A DNA stretch of 64,000 nucleotides from Trueperaceae bacterium (GCA_965213925.1 OZ243927.1:1-64000); one strand, 5' to 3'; shown: positions 34,439-45,751, counted from the first letter of the stretch. Numbers and translations: made by a program. The notes: generated from the letters alone by a model not told the origin.

Positions 34439-34672
34439 TTAGCGGTTGCGCTGGCTACGGCGGTGTTCCCTGACCACATCTTCGACCATTGCTTCGATCT
34501 CTTCCGGGTCAAGGTGAGCGTTACGCTGGTGCGCCTCTTGCAACGCTTGTCGGAACAAGAAGTCAGCGATGGCTTCTTCTGCCACCTCGGACATTGCCTC
34601 CTTCTGCAACCCTCTTTCCGTAAGATATGCTTCTAAGGACTGCTCAGTCTCTTTGCTCAGTTCAATTGTCAT
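34439..34672 (-). CDS. Putative antitoxin (RHH/CopG-like) upstream of PIN gene
   Basis: 77 aa; MTIELSKE; abuts the PIN start codon. Confidence 0.7.
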   Translation of the reverse strand: MTIELSKETEQSLEAYLTERGLQKEAMSEVAEEAIADFLFRQALQEAHQRNAHLDPEEIEAMVEDVVREHRRSQRNR

Positions 34673-34725
34673 AGCTTAAGGATAGACGGTTTCAATAGGT
34701 CGGTCAATTGGAGCAGCTAGATAGA

Positions 34726-35538
34726 TTACGTATCTGTTGAAATATCGTCCCACTCTTGGTTCAAATAACCGATAAGCCAATTTAGAGCGTAGTGTCGCTC
34801 ATAAGTAATTCCAGAGTCCAAGTTAGAAGGCGGTTGTTGACCTTTAACTCTCGCATCCACAACCGCCCAATTATAGCGGTAAACCAAATCTGCTTGATCT
34901 AAGATTTCCGAGAATGGGCGTAGCTGCGCATCAGCAGTGAATTCCTCAGCAGTTCGAGACCACATATAGCGAACAGCTTGACCCGCATCAGCAATTGAAT
35001 CAGCGTCAGGCTTACCAAGCTCGTCAGCATATCCGAGTGCCCATAGCAACGTCCAAGCGGACTCATATCGCCAAGTGAAGTTCACTGAATCTTGCTTCGG
35101 AGGATCAGGATTGTTGATGTAATTTTTTTCTGACGGCGTAAAATGCGTCTCGAGCTGATACTTCTCAATGACCTGCTCAATGACTTCTTGGGGTAAAGGG
35201 TCGCCCTGCGAGTGACTTTCGCCTTTTACAGCGACGACCAATAGAGCTAAGCAGCGATAGGCAATTTCCTCTACTGGACGCGGTGCAGTGTTGCTTTCAG
35301 CTTCGATAACTGGCAACCAATTATTAACGGGCACACCTTGAGCTTTCAAAATCTTTTCTGAACGGACTTTTCTGTCTGAGGCTCCCTGCATATCCTTTGA
35401 TACCATCTGGCTGACCGTAAAATTTTCACTCTTGTCGGCTGCTACTTGACTGAAAGCCACGAAAGCTAGAGGTAAAAGCAGCGAAATAGGTACAAGAGCA
35501 AATCTGAATAGAATATTGGTATCAACGACGACGCGCAT
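34726..35538 (-). CDS. DUF4272-like protein (N-terminus looks chimeric)
   Basis: WRYESAWTLLWALG, YRYNWA, ERHYALNWL, WDDISTDT. Confidence 0.75.
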   Translation of the reverse strand: MRVVVDTNILFRFALVPISLLLPLAFVAFSQVAADKSENFTVSQMVSKDMQGASDRKVRSEKILKAQGVPVNNWLPVIEAESNTAPRPVEEIAYRCLALLVVAVKGESHSQGDPLPQEVIEQVIEKYQLETHFTPSEKNYINNPDPPKQDSVNFTWRYESAWTLLWALGYADELGKPDADSIADAGQAVRYMWSRTAEEFTADAQLRPFSEILDQADLVYRYNWAVVDARVKGQQPPSNLDSGITYERHYALNWLIGYLNQEWDDISTDT

Positions 35539-35725
35539 TTAGCACAGCTTCGTCGATAAGCCTCATGAGTTGGTCTTGGTCTTCGCCTTTGTTGCGCTCT
35601 TTAATGACGCTCACCATCTCAATGAAAACTTGAGTCAGGTCACCCTCTTGCTGCTCTAAAACGTCCATCTGTGCTGCTAATCGCTCGAGCATAGTTTCAT
35701 CGTAGCCCGCCATACGCTGCTGCAA
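35522..35725 (-). pseudogene. Antitoxin-like fragment
   Basis: C-terminus LIDEAVLNARRR overlaps a MRVVVDTN PIN-type start; no good 5' end. Confidence 0.45.
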
Positions 35726-35741
35726 CTTCTGCTGTAATTCC

Positions 35742-36218
35742 TCAGACGCCTACATCTTGAGAAAAGACGACGAAGGAAAAAGCGTCCTCCAAGCCGCAGC
35801 GTTCTGGGTAACTGTTACCGTTCGAGATAAGCCCACAAGGTAGATGTTGATTCAGAAATTTCAGCGTGGGTTTAACGTCTCCATAAAGCTCGATATCTTC
35901 GAAGCGGTGTTTGAGATAGAGCGCGTTGAGGCGAGCAGCGAGGTTTGCGTCGTCCACGCCTATAGATTTGAGCGTTTGAACGAAGGCTTGCAGACGTATG
36001 TGCTCGAGATTCGTCACTTCACCCCTCAACGACTCAGCGACCTCGTTACGAATACGAATCATATCCTCGATGGTCATTTGAGCGGCTGAGACCTCTTTTT
36101 TCAGGTAGGCGAGCACTTTAGATAGAGCGTGACGCATCACCTTCTCAAAATCCCAAAGGGTCATATCGCCGTCGAATGAGATGGCTTGGCATTGTTGTAT
36201 TTTAGCTAAATTACTCAT
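35742..36218 (-). pseudogene. C-terminally truncated HAD hydrolase
   Basis: FDGDMTL motif I and ISNG motif II present; stops at SQDVGV before the KP and GD motifs. Confidence 0.7.
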
Positions 36219-36325
36219 AAGTATTTTACCTTCGCTTATGGCTTCTCTTTTCGGTATTGGCTCGAGGCTTGTAAGAGGTAACTTTCGAAATAGAAGTTTT
36301 ACCTTTGCTCATAGCTTCTCCTCTG

Positions 36326-37006
36326 TCAGTAAAACTGACACGACCAGCGCCATTCACCCGAAGAATCTTTGAAGAAATAGCCGATACCGTTATCAGCCCA
36401 CATCCACTGAGCTTTTTCTTCGCTGCCCACTTGAAAAATAAATTCTTCGATACCTACGCCGTGCTGAACCTCTCGAGGATAACCGCCTACTTTAGTTTGA
36501 TGGTATCTGTTGAATTCCATATAGAAAGCTTCCGATGCTCTCTCATCATTGTTGACATCTGTTAAATCAACGATGTCCCAGGCATCTTCCCACCCCGGTG
36601 CATCATCACTCACAAAATTCCACCTGATAGGAAATGGTCTAACGGGTGACGAGTCAACTTCAGGTAAAGGCCCGAGTCCATCTGTAGAACTGTATTCGCG
36701 AATGAGCCAGCCCTCACCATGAGGGTTGTCGAAGGGATAGTCGTCTCTTTGAAGAAACAGAACGAGTAGCGCAACCTCTTCAAGCGCAGGGGGAGTATAT
36801 GGCAAATCAGAAACTCTGATTTGCAAAAGGGGAAATAACGGTTCACTTTTGTAAACAGGCAAACCCTCATCTGGTTTACAGACACCTCGCCCAAACCAAG
36901 AGGTTGTAGGGTCATCTGATGGGCGAAATCCACCAACTTGGGCAACAGACGCTTTCCTAAGTTTTTGCCTCAGCAAATCAAGAGTTTCCTTAGCTTCTAG
37001 TGTCAT
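36326..37006 (-). CDS. YwqG/DUF1963-like protein
   Basis: PLLQI, TKVGGYP..VQ, WADNGIGYFF, QFY C-terminus. Confidence 0.7.
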   Translation of the reverse strand: MTLEAKETLDLLRQKLRKASVAQVGGFRPSDDPTTSWFGRGVCKPDEGLPVYKSEPLFPLLQIRVSDLPYTPPALEEVALLVLFLQRDDYPFDNPHGEGWLIREYSSTDGLGPLPEVDSSPVRPFPIRWNFVSDDAPGWEDAWDIVDLTDVNNDERASEAFYMEFNRYHQTKVGGYPREVQHGVGIEEFIFQVGSEEKAQWMWADNGIGYFFKDSSGEWRWSCQFY

Positions 37007-37061
37007 AACCTTGTACTACGCTCAATCCGATTTATCAGCTTTACGTGCTAATCCACAACCC

Positions 37062-37994
37062 TCACTTCTCATACGGCTTCCCAATCGCCTTAGGCGGCAC
37101 CGCCCGCCCGATAAAGCCCGCTAACACGAGCATCGTCAGGATAAAGGGAATGCTCTGCACGACGGTGGGGGGCATGAGTTGACCGCCGCCCAAAAGCGTC
37201 GCCGCCGCCTCGAACGCACCGAAGAGGAGCGTTGCGCCGAGGACGCCTAAGGGGTGCCATTTGCCGAAGATCAAGGCGGCCAGCGCGATGAAGCCGCGGC
37301 CGCCGGACATCTCCGCGATGAACTGATTGAGGTTGCCTATAGATAAGTACGCGCCGCCGAGCCCCGCCAAAACGCCCGAGAGGACGACGCCGTAGTAGCG
37401 CATCCGTTTGACGCCGATGCCGACGCTGTCCGCCGCTTCGGGGTGCTCGCCGACCGAGCGCAGGCGCAACCCGAAGGGCGTGCGGAAGACGACGTAGTAG
37501 ACAACGGGGACGAGCGCGAAGGAGAGGTAGACCAGGGGGCTGAACTGAAACGCGCCGCTGCCGATTTCGGGTAGGCGGTTGCGTATGGGCTCGCTCGTGG
37601 CGTTGTTGCCGTAGAGGGCGACGAGGAGCACGGAGGGCAGTCCTATCGCCATGAGGTTGATCGCGGTCCCGGAGATGATCTGGTCCGCCTTGTAGCGAAT
37701 CGAGATGACCGCGTGAACCCAGCCGACGAAGCCGCCGACAACTGCAGCAGCCAGAACGCCGAGCCAGGGGGCGAAGGGGACGTAGGCCCTTGGGTTCTCT
37801 GCTAAATAGGGCGCTTCGATGAGCTGCGTCGTCACGGCGGCGGCGAACGCGCCGAAGAGGATAATGCCCTCTAAAGCGATGTTGACGACGCCTGCACGTT
37901 CGCTGAAGAGCCCGCCTAGCGCGGCGAGGAGGAGGGGCGCGGTGGCGCGTAAGGTCGAGCCGATGAGCGTGAGGAGGAGCGCAGTTTCGATCAT
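37062..37994 (-). CDS. Nucleoside/sugar ABC transporter permease
   Basis: SERAGVVNIALEG, GLRLRSVGEHP, GRGFIALAALIFGKW. Confidence 0.92.
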   Translation of the reverse strand: MIETALLLTLIGSTLRATAPLLLAALGGLFSERAGVVNIALEGIILFGAFAAAVTTQLIEAPYLAENPRAYVPFAPWLGVLAAAVVGGFVGWVHAVISIRYKADQIISGTAINLMAIGLPSVLLVALYGNNATSEPIRNRLPEIGSGAFQFSPLVYLSFALVPVVYYVVFRTPFGLRLRSVGEHPEAADSVGIGVKRMRYYGVVLSGVLAGLGGAYLSIGNLNQFIAEMSGGRGFIALAALIFGKWHPLGVLGATLLFGAFEAAATLLGGGQLMPPTVVQSIPFILTMLVLAGFIGRAVPPKAIGKPYEK

Positions 37995-40240
37995 GCTTGT
38001 CCTCCCGTGGTGTTGCTTGCCGTATCACTCCGCACAGGTTTGCCAGGCGGGTCTAGGGGTTCGCTTTCGTCGGGGTCTAAACCCTGCTCGGTTTCGGCTT
38101 GGCGGCGGATGGGGTTGGTCAGCCTATCTGGAAGGAAACCTTTAGCGGCAATGAAGAGTACGACTAAAGCGAGAATCATGTTGACAACGTCTCTCGTCAG
38201 GTCACTAAAGGTGATGTTCAGAATCGAGCCGCCGTTCTTGAGGACCCCGAACAAAAAGGCGGACAAGACGACGCCGAGGGGCGTATTGCCGCCTAAGAGG
38301 GCGACGGCGATGCCGTCGAAGCCGTCGTTGGTGGGCAACGATTGGCGCAGGGAGTAGTCCTCTAAGGCTCCACCCAACACGTAGTGGCACGCTGTGAGCC
38401 CGGCGAACGCGCCGCTGATCGCCATCGCCAAGACGATATTACGCGAGATGCTCGCGCCGCCATACTCCGCCGCTTTCGGCGCTAAGCCTACAGCGCGAAG
38501 TTCGTAGCCCCATTTGGTGCGCCACATGAGGACGTACATGAACAAAGCGGAGAGAATCGCGAGGATAAACGAGGTGTTGAGCTTGGTCGGGGGGATGTCG
38601 GTCTCCCAAGCGGCGAGACCGGCGAGGGCGGCGACGCCGTAGACGACGCCTCCCATGAGGGCGGCTGCGCCTGCTCTGGCTCCCCAGCCGCTCAACCTCT
38701 TGTTTACTTTAGGCGCGTAAGCGAGCGCTAAAAGCGCCGCAACTATTGCGAGAGGGAGCGCGTAATTGATAGCGACCGCGTTCACCCCGACCGCACCTCT
38801 TTCCACGCCGACGAGCGCGGGCACTTGCGAGAGCCGTGCGGCTTCGGAGAGGGGGTAAGACTTAGGTTCGGAGCCGGGAGCTTTGAAAGGTAAGCCCAAA
38901 TTGACGGGCGCGTCACCCGCGCGCGGCACGCCTGCGATGACCACAAAGACCAAAAGAACGACGCCGAACCCTGCGAAGGAGAGCCTGGGGGCTCTAGCCA
39001 AAAGCCGCCGCGCAGGTGGAATGAGGCTGATGATGATAGCGATAAGGGCAAAAATCGCAATCGTCTGAATGATGCGCAGGGCGGGCGCGGCGAAGATTTG
39101 GCGGCTCGAGAGGATAAACAGTAGCAAAGACGCCGCGATATAATTCAGAAGAATCGTGTTGATGACCTCGTTCGCCCCGAACCGCGCCTTGAGCCAGCCA
39201 GGTAGCGCGCCCCACAGTCCGCCGCCGAGCGCCGCCGATAGGACCGCGAGCGGCAACACGACAAAACGCGGACCCGGCATGTAAATGCCAACGAGCCCTG
39301 CAAAAATCGCCCCCAAGACCATCTGCCCCGGCGCGCCGATGTTGAAGAGCCCCGCCCGAAAGCCGAACGCCACCGCTAAACCCGTGAAGATAAGGGGTGT
39401 GGCGAACTTCAAGGATTCCATGAAGCCGCCGAGCGTGCCCAAAGAATCGGAAAAGAGCGTCTCGTAAGAGAAGTAGAGCGTGTCGAGCCTGCCTGCTAGA
39501 TACATCAGCAGTCCGTCTATCTCGACGCCTTGTCCGACCGCCGTCGGCTGCAAGCCGAGCACGACGAACGCCGCCGCGACGAGGGCGAGGGCGATGGAAA
39601 CCGCGGGCACGGCGACGGTGGCGAAGGCGCGGTCTAACGCCCGGCTGAGGCGGGGCGAGATGCGCAAGCCTAAAAGAAGGGCGAGCCCGCCGATGGCAAA
39701 CGACAAGAACGCCGCGAAGTTCGTCCCTGAACCCGTAAAGGGCAAACGGCGCACGCGCACGCCCGCGTCGCGAATGGCGCTCAAGGTCTCATCGAACGAA
39801 GCGTCTTCGGCGTTCGCGATGGCGGCGCGTAGCGCCTCTTCGTCGAAGCGTCCGCGTCCGCGCTCTAAAGTCCTCTCCGCGCTCCGTACGATCACCCCGG
39901 TACGCGCCTCGTTGAGCGCGCCCGTCAAGTTGGCGAGCCCAGTCGCTGTCGTCGCAATGAGGATGAGACCCGAAGCGAGCCACACGGCGTAGCGCCGACG
40001 CCCTCTCAAAAACGCCCCGCCCGCAATCGCTGCGAGCGAGAGGGCGCTTACAGCCAGTACGACCCCTTGCCCCGGCACGTCGATGGGGTTAGCGCGTCCG
40101 GTGAAGTCCACCGTGCGACTCGGCAACAAGAGGAGCGAACTGCGCGCTCCGATCTCGCGTTCCAAGGTCGCCCAGGGCGCGAAGAAGAGGCTGAGGAGCG
40201 TCAAGACAGCGAGGGCGCTGAGCGCGAGGCGTTCGTTCAT
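37991..40240 (-). CDS. Nucleoside/sugar ABC transporter permease, extended form
   Basis: GLFNIGAPGQ, NEVINTILLNY, GYELRAVG, GFDGIAVALLG. Confidence 0.9.
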   Translation of the reverse strand: MNERLALSALAVLTLLSLFFAPWATLEREIGARSSLLLLPSRTVDFTGRANPIDVPGQGVVLAVSALSLAAIAGGAFLRGRRRYAVWLASGLILIATTATGLANLTGALNEARTGVIVRSAERTLERGRGRFDEEALRAAIANAEDASFDETLSAIRDAGVRVRRLPFTGSGTNFAAFLSFAIGGLALLLGLRISPRLSRALDRAFATVAVPAVSIALALVAAAFVVLGLQPTAVGQGVEIDGLLMYLAGRLDTLYFSYETLFSDSLGTLGGFMESLKFATPLIFTGLAVAFGFRAGLFNIGAPGQMVLGAIFAGLVGIYMPGPRFVVLPLAVLSAALGGGLWGALPGWLKARFGANEVINTILLNYIAASLLLFILSSRQIFAAPALRIIQTIAIFALIAIIISLIPPARRLLARAPRLSFAGFGVVLLVFVVIAGVPRAGDAPVNLGLPFKAPGSEPKSYPLSEAARLSQVPALVGVERGAVGVNAVAINYALPLAIVAALLALAYAPKVNKRLSGWGARAGAAALMGGVVYGVAALAGLAAWETDIPPTKLNTSFILAILSALFMYVLMWRTKWGYELRAVGLAPKAAEYGGASISRNIVLAMAISGAFAGLTACHYVLGGALEDYSLRQSLPTNDGFDGIAVALLGGNTPLGVVLSAFLFGVLKNGGSILNITFSDLTRDVVNMILALVVLFIAAKGFLPDRLTNPIRRQAETEQGLDPDESEPLDPPGKPVRSDTASNTTGGQA

Positions 40241-40318
40241 GGAGGTATTGTAACTCGGTGGACGGAGGTCCTACCCGAGTCCATTCAAATTCATGAAGTC
40301 AGAACGTAGTGAAGCGCG

Positions 40319-41089
40319 TCAGAGGTTGTGTAAGCGCCGAAGTTCCACCGCCATCTGCGCTGCTGACGGTCTCGCCTTAGCGTCCTTAGACAACAACTCG
40401 AGACACAGTGCGTCAAAGGGCGCTAACGCGGGGTCGAAGCTCGAGGGCGCTAGCGGCGTCGCCTCGCGGTGCATGGTGATGACCTCATTTACGCTGCCGC
40501 TAAAGGGGACCTCTCCGGTTAAAACGCGGTAGAGTAGCACGCCAACCGCGTAGAGGTCCGAAGCGGGTGCGGTCCTTTCACCCCTCGCCTGTTCCGGGCT
40601 GAGGTACGCAACCGTACCTGCGCTCTTCTGAGGCGGCTCATTCACGTGAACGGCTAAGTCGAAGTCGATGAGGTAGGGCGCGCCTTGTAGATCAACTAGG
40701 ATATTATCCGGCTTGATGTCGCGGTGGACGATGCCCTCGCCGTGGAGGTACTCGAGCCCCTCCAACACCTGACCCAGCAGGGCTAGAAAGCGCGACAAAT
40801 CCGCCTGAACGAGCCACTCGCTGAGCTGCACACCGCGCACGTAGGGCATGATGACGCCGGGGTAACTATCCAGCTCGAGGCCTGCTTCGACCGGATTGAG
40901 GCGTGGATGCGCTAAGCTGCAACCGACGCGCAGTTCACGCTCGGCTCTCGCGGCGAAGTCGGGCGGAAAGAGCTTCAAGACTTTGACGCTCTTTCCATCG
41001 CTCACGAGAAAAATCCGGGCAAGCGTGCCCCTAGCGAGCTGACGCACAACCCGGAAGTTCCCCCCGACGTTTGCGCCGATGACCTTCAC
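40319..41089 (-). CDS. Hanks-type Ser/Thr protein kinase (catalytic domain only)
   Basis: HRDIKPDN, DFD (DFG variant), GTVAYLSPE, SDLYAVG. Confidence 0.9.
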   Translation of the reverse strand: MKVIGANVGGNFRVVRQLARGTLARIFLVSDGKSVKVLKLFPPDFAARAERELRVGCSLAHPRLNPVEAGLELDSYPGVIMPYVRGVQLSEWLVQADLSRFLALLGQVLEGLEYLHGEGIVHRDIKPDNILVDLQGAPYLIDFDLAVHVNEPPQKSAGTVAYLSPEQARGERTAPASDLYAVGVLLYRVLTGEVPFSGSVNEVITMHREATPLAPSSFDPALAPFDALCLELLSKDAKARPSAAQMAVELRRLHNL

Positions 41090-41115
41090 GTAGGGGCATT
41101 CTACCGCAAAGCGCT

Positions 41116-41991
41116 CTAACGCCGAATTAAAATCCCCGCTTTTATAAGCGCGGCGAACGCGCTCCGCTCCAGCGCCTCTTGTTCGCGCTCCGGGTCCTCG
41201 TCGCCCACTTTGAGCAGCGTGTGGCGAAACCCCGCTTGCAGGACCGTCTTGCGGGTGCGCTCCACAAACGCAGAGACCGCCTGACGGTACGCCCTGACCT
41301 CGTCGGGTCCAACCGTGAGGCGTGCGCCGCTCTCAGCGTCGACGACCTCCAAGCGGCTAGGTTGCGGCTCTAAGTCGTTCACCGACATGAGCTGCAAAAA
41401 GCTCGCGTCGAGCTTGCGGGCGCGCAGGGCGACGAGCGACTTCTGCAGCGGCTCCTCGTCGAAGAGGTCGGAGATGATAAGCGCTAAACCCGTGCCCGCT
41501 TCGAAACGGGAACGCAGGGCGAAGTTTTTGATCGCCGCACCTGGCGGCAGCTCGCCGCTCAGCGCCGGGGCGTCGTCGATAAACGACCACGCCGCCGGAA
41601 CTTGCTGCTTGCCTGTGAGCGGCCGGCTCGTCTCCCCGCTGAAGAGGTGAATCTGCGCCGCCGAGCCCTGCGCGGCGTAGGCGAGGAGCTGCGCGACGAT
41701 GCGGGCGTAAGGGAGCTTGTTGCCTAGCGTCATGCTGGGGCTCGAGTCGAGCAAGATATGCACCGCGATGTTGCGCTCCGCCTGGTAGAGCCGCGTGTAG
41801 AGCCTGCCCGTGCGCCCATAAACTTTCCAGTCCACGTAACGAAGCTCGTCGCCCGGACCGTACGGGCGAAAGTCGTGAAACTCGACGCTCTGCCCCGCCT
41901 CGCTCGCTAAGCGCTCGCCGGAGGTGCGGCTCAGCGCCCGAGACGCTAACGTGTAGCGCTCTAAGAGGGCTCTGGAACGGGGCGAAATCAT
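41116..41991 (-). CDS. DUF58 family protein
   Basis: EFHDFRPYGPGDELRYVDWK, DSSPSM, IISD. Confidence 0.9.
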   Translation of the reverse strand: MISPRSRALLERYTLASRALSRTSGERLASEAGQSVEFHDFRPYGPGDELRYVDWKVYGRTGRLYTRLYQAERNIAVHILLDSSPSMTLGNKLPYARIVAQLLAYAAQGSAAQIHLFSGETSRPLTGKQQVPAAWSFIDDAPALSGELPPGAAIKNFALRSRFEAGTGLALIISDLFDEEPLQKSLVALRARKLDASFLQLMSVNDLEPQPSRLEVVDAESGARLTVGPDEVRAYRQAVSAFVERTRKTVLQAGFRHTLLKVGDEDPEREQEALERSAFAALIKAGILIRR

Positions 41992-42009
41992 GAAGGCATC
42001 GGCAGCGTC

Positions 42010-42504
42010 CTAGCTCGTTCGGCGTCCCTTAGCCAACGTCGCTCTGGAGATGGCGGCGCAGAGTTCGCCGGGCTTATCCGTGCCGACGATGAGCGTACGC
42101 CCGTCCGCGAGTTTGAGTTCGACGCCTTCCGGACTGAGGAAGCCGAAAAGCCACCTCGAGGGGTCCGAGGAGAAACGCAGCCCCGTCTTGCGCCACGCGG
42201 GTATGGCGACCTCTTCGTGCCCTAAAATGTCCTCCACAGGAATCGCCACCCTATCGATTGGCAACCCGAACCAGACGACCACGCGCTCGTGCGCCACCTC
42301 CACCGTGACCGTCGAAAAGGCGTAGAGGAGCCCGCCGACGAGTGCCAGTAGGAGAAGCAAGGGTTCAGAGGGCAAGCTCGGGTACGCCAGCGTCATGACA
42401 AAGACGCCAGCAACAAGAGAGATAAAAAGCCAGCTTAGCGCCGGGGCGCGCTGGGTGTGGCGGTAAAACGCGTTCGTGTTTTGGGGCAAGTAGTTCGTTT
42501 CCAT
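42010..42504 (-). CDS. Hypothetical membrane protein
   Basis: Two TM helices then a beta-rich domain ending VGTDKPGEL. Confidence 0.6.
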   Translation of the reverse strand: METNYLPQNTNAFYRHTQRAPALSWLFISLVAGVFVMTLAYPSLPSEPLLLLLALVGGLLYAFSTVTVEVAHERVVVWFGLPIDRVAIPVEDILGHEEVAIPAWRKTGLRFSSDPSRWLFGFLSPEGVELKLADGRTLIVGTDKPGELCAAISRATLAKGRRTS

Positions 42505-42538
42505 AGGGGAACCTAAAATGGGTCAGGCGTAGACGCCG

Positions 42539-43525
<987 letters not shown>

Positions 43526-43793
43526 AGGCTCCCTAAATATCTCAACAGATGAGTATTGGCGCTCGAGGCTTATCAAACGCGACGACTAATCAGTACAGGT
43601 CAGCGACGCGTCAATGCTAAAAGCATAAACATTCTCGGCGCTAAGCTGTGTAATCGGTGGTCGAAAGGACGATGAGGGAATGAGGAAGAGCGACGCCACC
43701 TTTCCTCAATCTCTCCGCTGCGCCGTCTCCACATCCCCCACCGCCCGGAACGCAATCTGTAGCAGGGCTACCGCAAGTCACGTCAGTCGCAGC

Positions 43794-43823
43794 TTGACAC
43801 AAGGTAGACGAGGCCCATATACT
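43794..43823 (+). promoter_or_regulatory. sigma70 promoter of the tRNA cluster
   Basis: TTGACA-N18-TATACT, 12 nt before tRNA-Lys. Confidence 0.8.
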
Positions 43824-43835
43824 GCTAAAGCTGTT

Positions 43836-43911
<76 letters not shown>

Positions 43912-43915
43912 AAAT

Positions 43916-43990
43916 GGCCCCTTCGACTAGCGGTTAGGTCACCACCCTTTCAAGGTGGCGGCACGGGTTCGAACCCCGTAGGGGTCACCA
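43916..43990 (+). tRNA. tRNA-Glu(TTC)
   Basis: CCACC-CTTTCAA-GGTGG, GGTTCGAAC, CCA. Confidence 0.97.
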
Positions 43991-44116
43991 GCAGTTGAAA
44001 AGAGATTGGTATCATCCTAGAGGTGATACCAGCTTTTTTCTCAAGAGGTATCAGAAACAACTTTAAGTCGAGCAGGTTACAACCAATAGCGCTTACTAGT
44101 TGATGATACCGACCTC

Positions 44117-44189
44117 GGGCGATTAGCTCAGTTGGAAGAGCGCCTCCCTTACAAGGAGGATGTCGGCGGTTCGAGCCCGTCATCGCCCA
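44117..44189 (+). tRNA. tRNA-Val(TAC), integration target, no encoded CCA
   Basis: GGGCGAT acceptor, CCTCC-CTTACAA-GGAGG, GGTTCGAG. Confidence 0.96.
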
Positions 44190-44214
44190 CTCAAAAAAGA
44201 GCGTCAGAGACGCA
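44147..44214 (+). repeat. attL
   Basis: 51 bp identical to 53605-53655, extending to 68 bp with 2 mismatches. Confidence 0.95.
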
Positions 44215-44215
44215 G

Positions 44216-44254
44216 TAACCGGAGTAGTCAAAGAAGCTACTCCGGTTCTCTTTT
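44216..44254 (+). terminator. Terminator after tRNA-Val, supplied by the element
   Basis: aaccggagtag...ctactccggtt followed by ctctttt. Confidence 0.75.
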
Positions 44255-44298
44255 GGCAAATGGCTGCTTAACGGCTGCTACGGATAGCAAGGCTAGAT

Positions 44299-45717
44299 AT
44301 GTCTAGCTCGCTACCATCACACAGCACAGATAAAAACTTCTTTGAAGTCGAACGCCCCTTAGAGGGTTTCAAGACAGGTATCACGCATGACGAGTGGCTC
44401 GAGCGCGTCAAGCAGTCGTTTGGCGTAGATGATGCAGGGTGGCAAACGCTCATAGAACGTAGCAGGGACACGCCTTCCCCCTTGTTACCTTCTAGGAACA
44501 ATTCAAAGCCAGCCCAAAAGCAGCCTGACCCCTGGACGGAACGCCCCGCGTTCCGCTTCCCCCGCGCTTATGTCCAAGCGTGCGGCAAAGGCACGTTGGG
44601 TCTCAAGTACGAGTCTGGGCGCATCGCCTTCAGTGCCCTTTCCTGTAACTCCTGGAGTTGCCCGTCATGCCGCCCCGCAAAATCAGCGGGATTGTTAGAT
44701 CGCCTGAGACGTGGTTTAGAATCGCGCCCCGATAGCAACCTCGGTCTAGTCACACCGACGCTTGACCCGGCACGCTTCGGCGGCGTTTGCGTGGGTACGG
44801 GCTACTACACCCAAGAAGGTCAGCCCTGGCAACCCTACGCCACGAATAAAACGCAGTTGGACACGCTGTTACGGTCAGGTCAGATACGCGCCGCGAAGAT
44901 GTACGCCGCGCCTACCCCTACGCAGTACGAACGCGCTTATAGAGCGATGAGTAAAGAAATCAACCGTCTCCTCTCTCGACTTCGCCATATTTGTAAAAAA
45001 CTCAACCTGCCTATGTTCGGTTATTTTCGCGTGGTGGAGTTGCACCGCAACGGATGGCCGCACTATCATTTAATCTTTCAACATCCAACGCTGACGGTTG
45101 ACGACGTTGCTACACAGCTTGAGGGATGGTCACTAGGGAGAATTCACTTCGAAGTGATTGAGGCTGACTTTGAGAACGGTAAGAGCGCTATTGATGTCGC
45201 TGTGGGTGAGGTTGCGCCCTACCTCGTAACCTCTGAAAGCTCGCACAAGGCGTACCAGTTTGCAGCGGACGCGCTACCCGCTAACTTTCGCTTGTGGACA
45301 TGCTCACGCGGCTTTCTAGCCGATGCACAGCCCTCCGAGTCAGAAGACCCTGTAGTGCAAGGTATCGCGCTTAAAGGGCACTTCACAGACTATCAGCGGA
45401 TGTACGAGCAGCACATGGTTTCGCGTGAACCGCTCAGCACGTCGTTAGAGCTTGTCCATGTTAAAAAAGGAACGGTGCGCGTTATACCCCCTCAACACAG
45501 ATACAGTGTTACAGCGCTCCCAGACGCGAAAAAACCGAATCAGCCTGTACGTGCAATTTCACATGTCTACCTCAAAGGAGACGACGCGCCTTTGTTCTTT
45601 GCGAACTTGGTTCACGCTGAAACGTTGCACGTGCCGCCGAAGTGGATTGCGCCTGATGGGAAGTTTAGCCAAGAGGACAGATACAAGTTTTTTAAGCTAT
45701 TAGTACGCCGTAGTTAG
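44299..45717 (+). CDS. Rolling-circle replication initiator (HUH endonuclease)
   Basis: CNSWSCPSC Cys cluster, LVTPTLDP motif 1, YFRVVELHRNGWPHYHLI motif 2 (HUH), VAPYLVT candidate motif 3 Tyr. Confidence 0.8.
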   Translation: MSSSLPSHSTDKNFFEVERPLEGFKTGITHDEWLERVKQSFGVDDAGWQTLIERSRDTPSPLLPSRNNSKPAQKQPDPWTERPAFRFPRAYVQACGKGTLGLKYESGRIAFSALSCNSWSCPSCRPAKSAGLLDRLRRGLESRPDSNLGLVTPTLDPARFGGVCVGTGYYTQEGQPWQPYATNKTQLDTLLRSGQIRAAKMYAAPTPTQYERAYRAMSKEINRLLSRLRHICKKLNLPMFGYFRVVELHRNGWPHYHLIFQHPTLTVDDVATQLEGWSLGRIHFEVIEADFENGKSAIDVAVGEVAPYLVTSESSHKAYQFAADALPANFRLWTCSRGFLADAQPSESEDPVVQGIALKGHFTDYQRMYEQHMVSREPLSTSLELVHVKKGTVRVIPPQHRYSVTALPDAKKPNQPVRAISHVYLKGDDAPLFFANLVHAETLHVPPKWIAPDGKFSQEDRYKFFKLLVRRS

Positions 45718-45751
45718 CTCGCATCAGGTATTGCTTGTGCAGCTTATCCGC

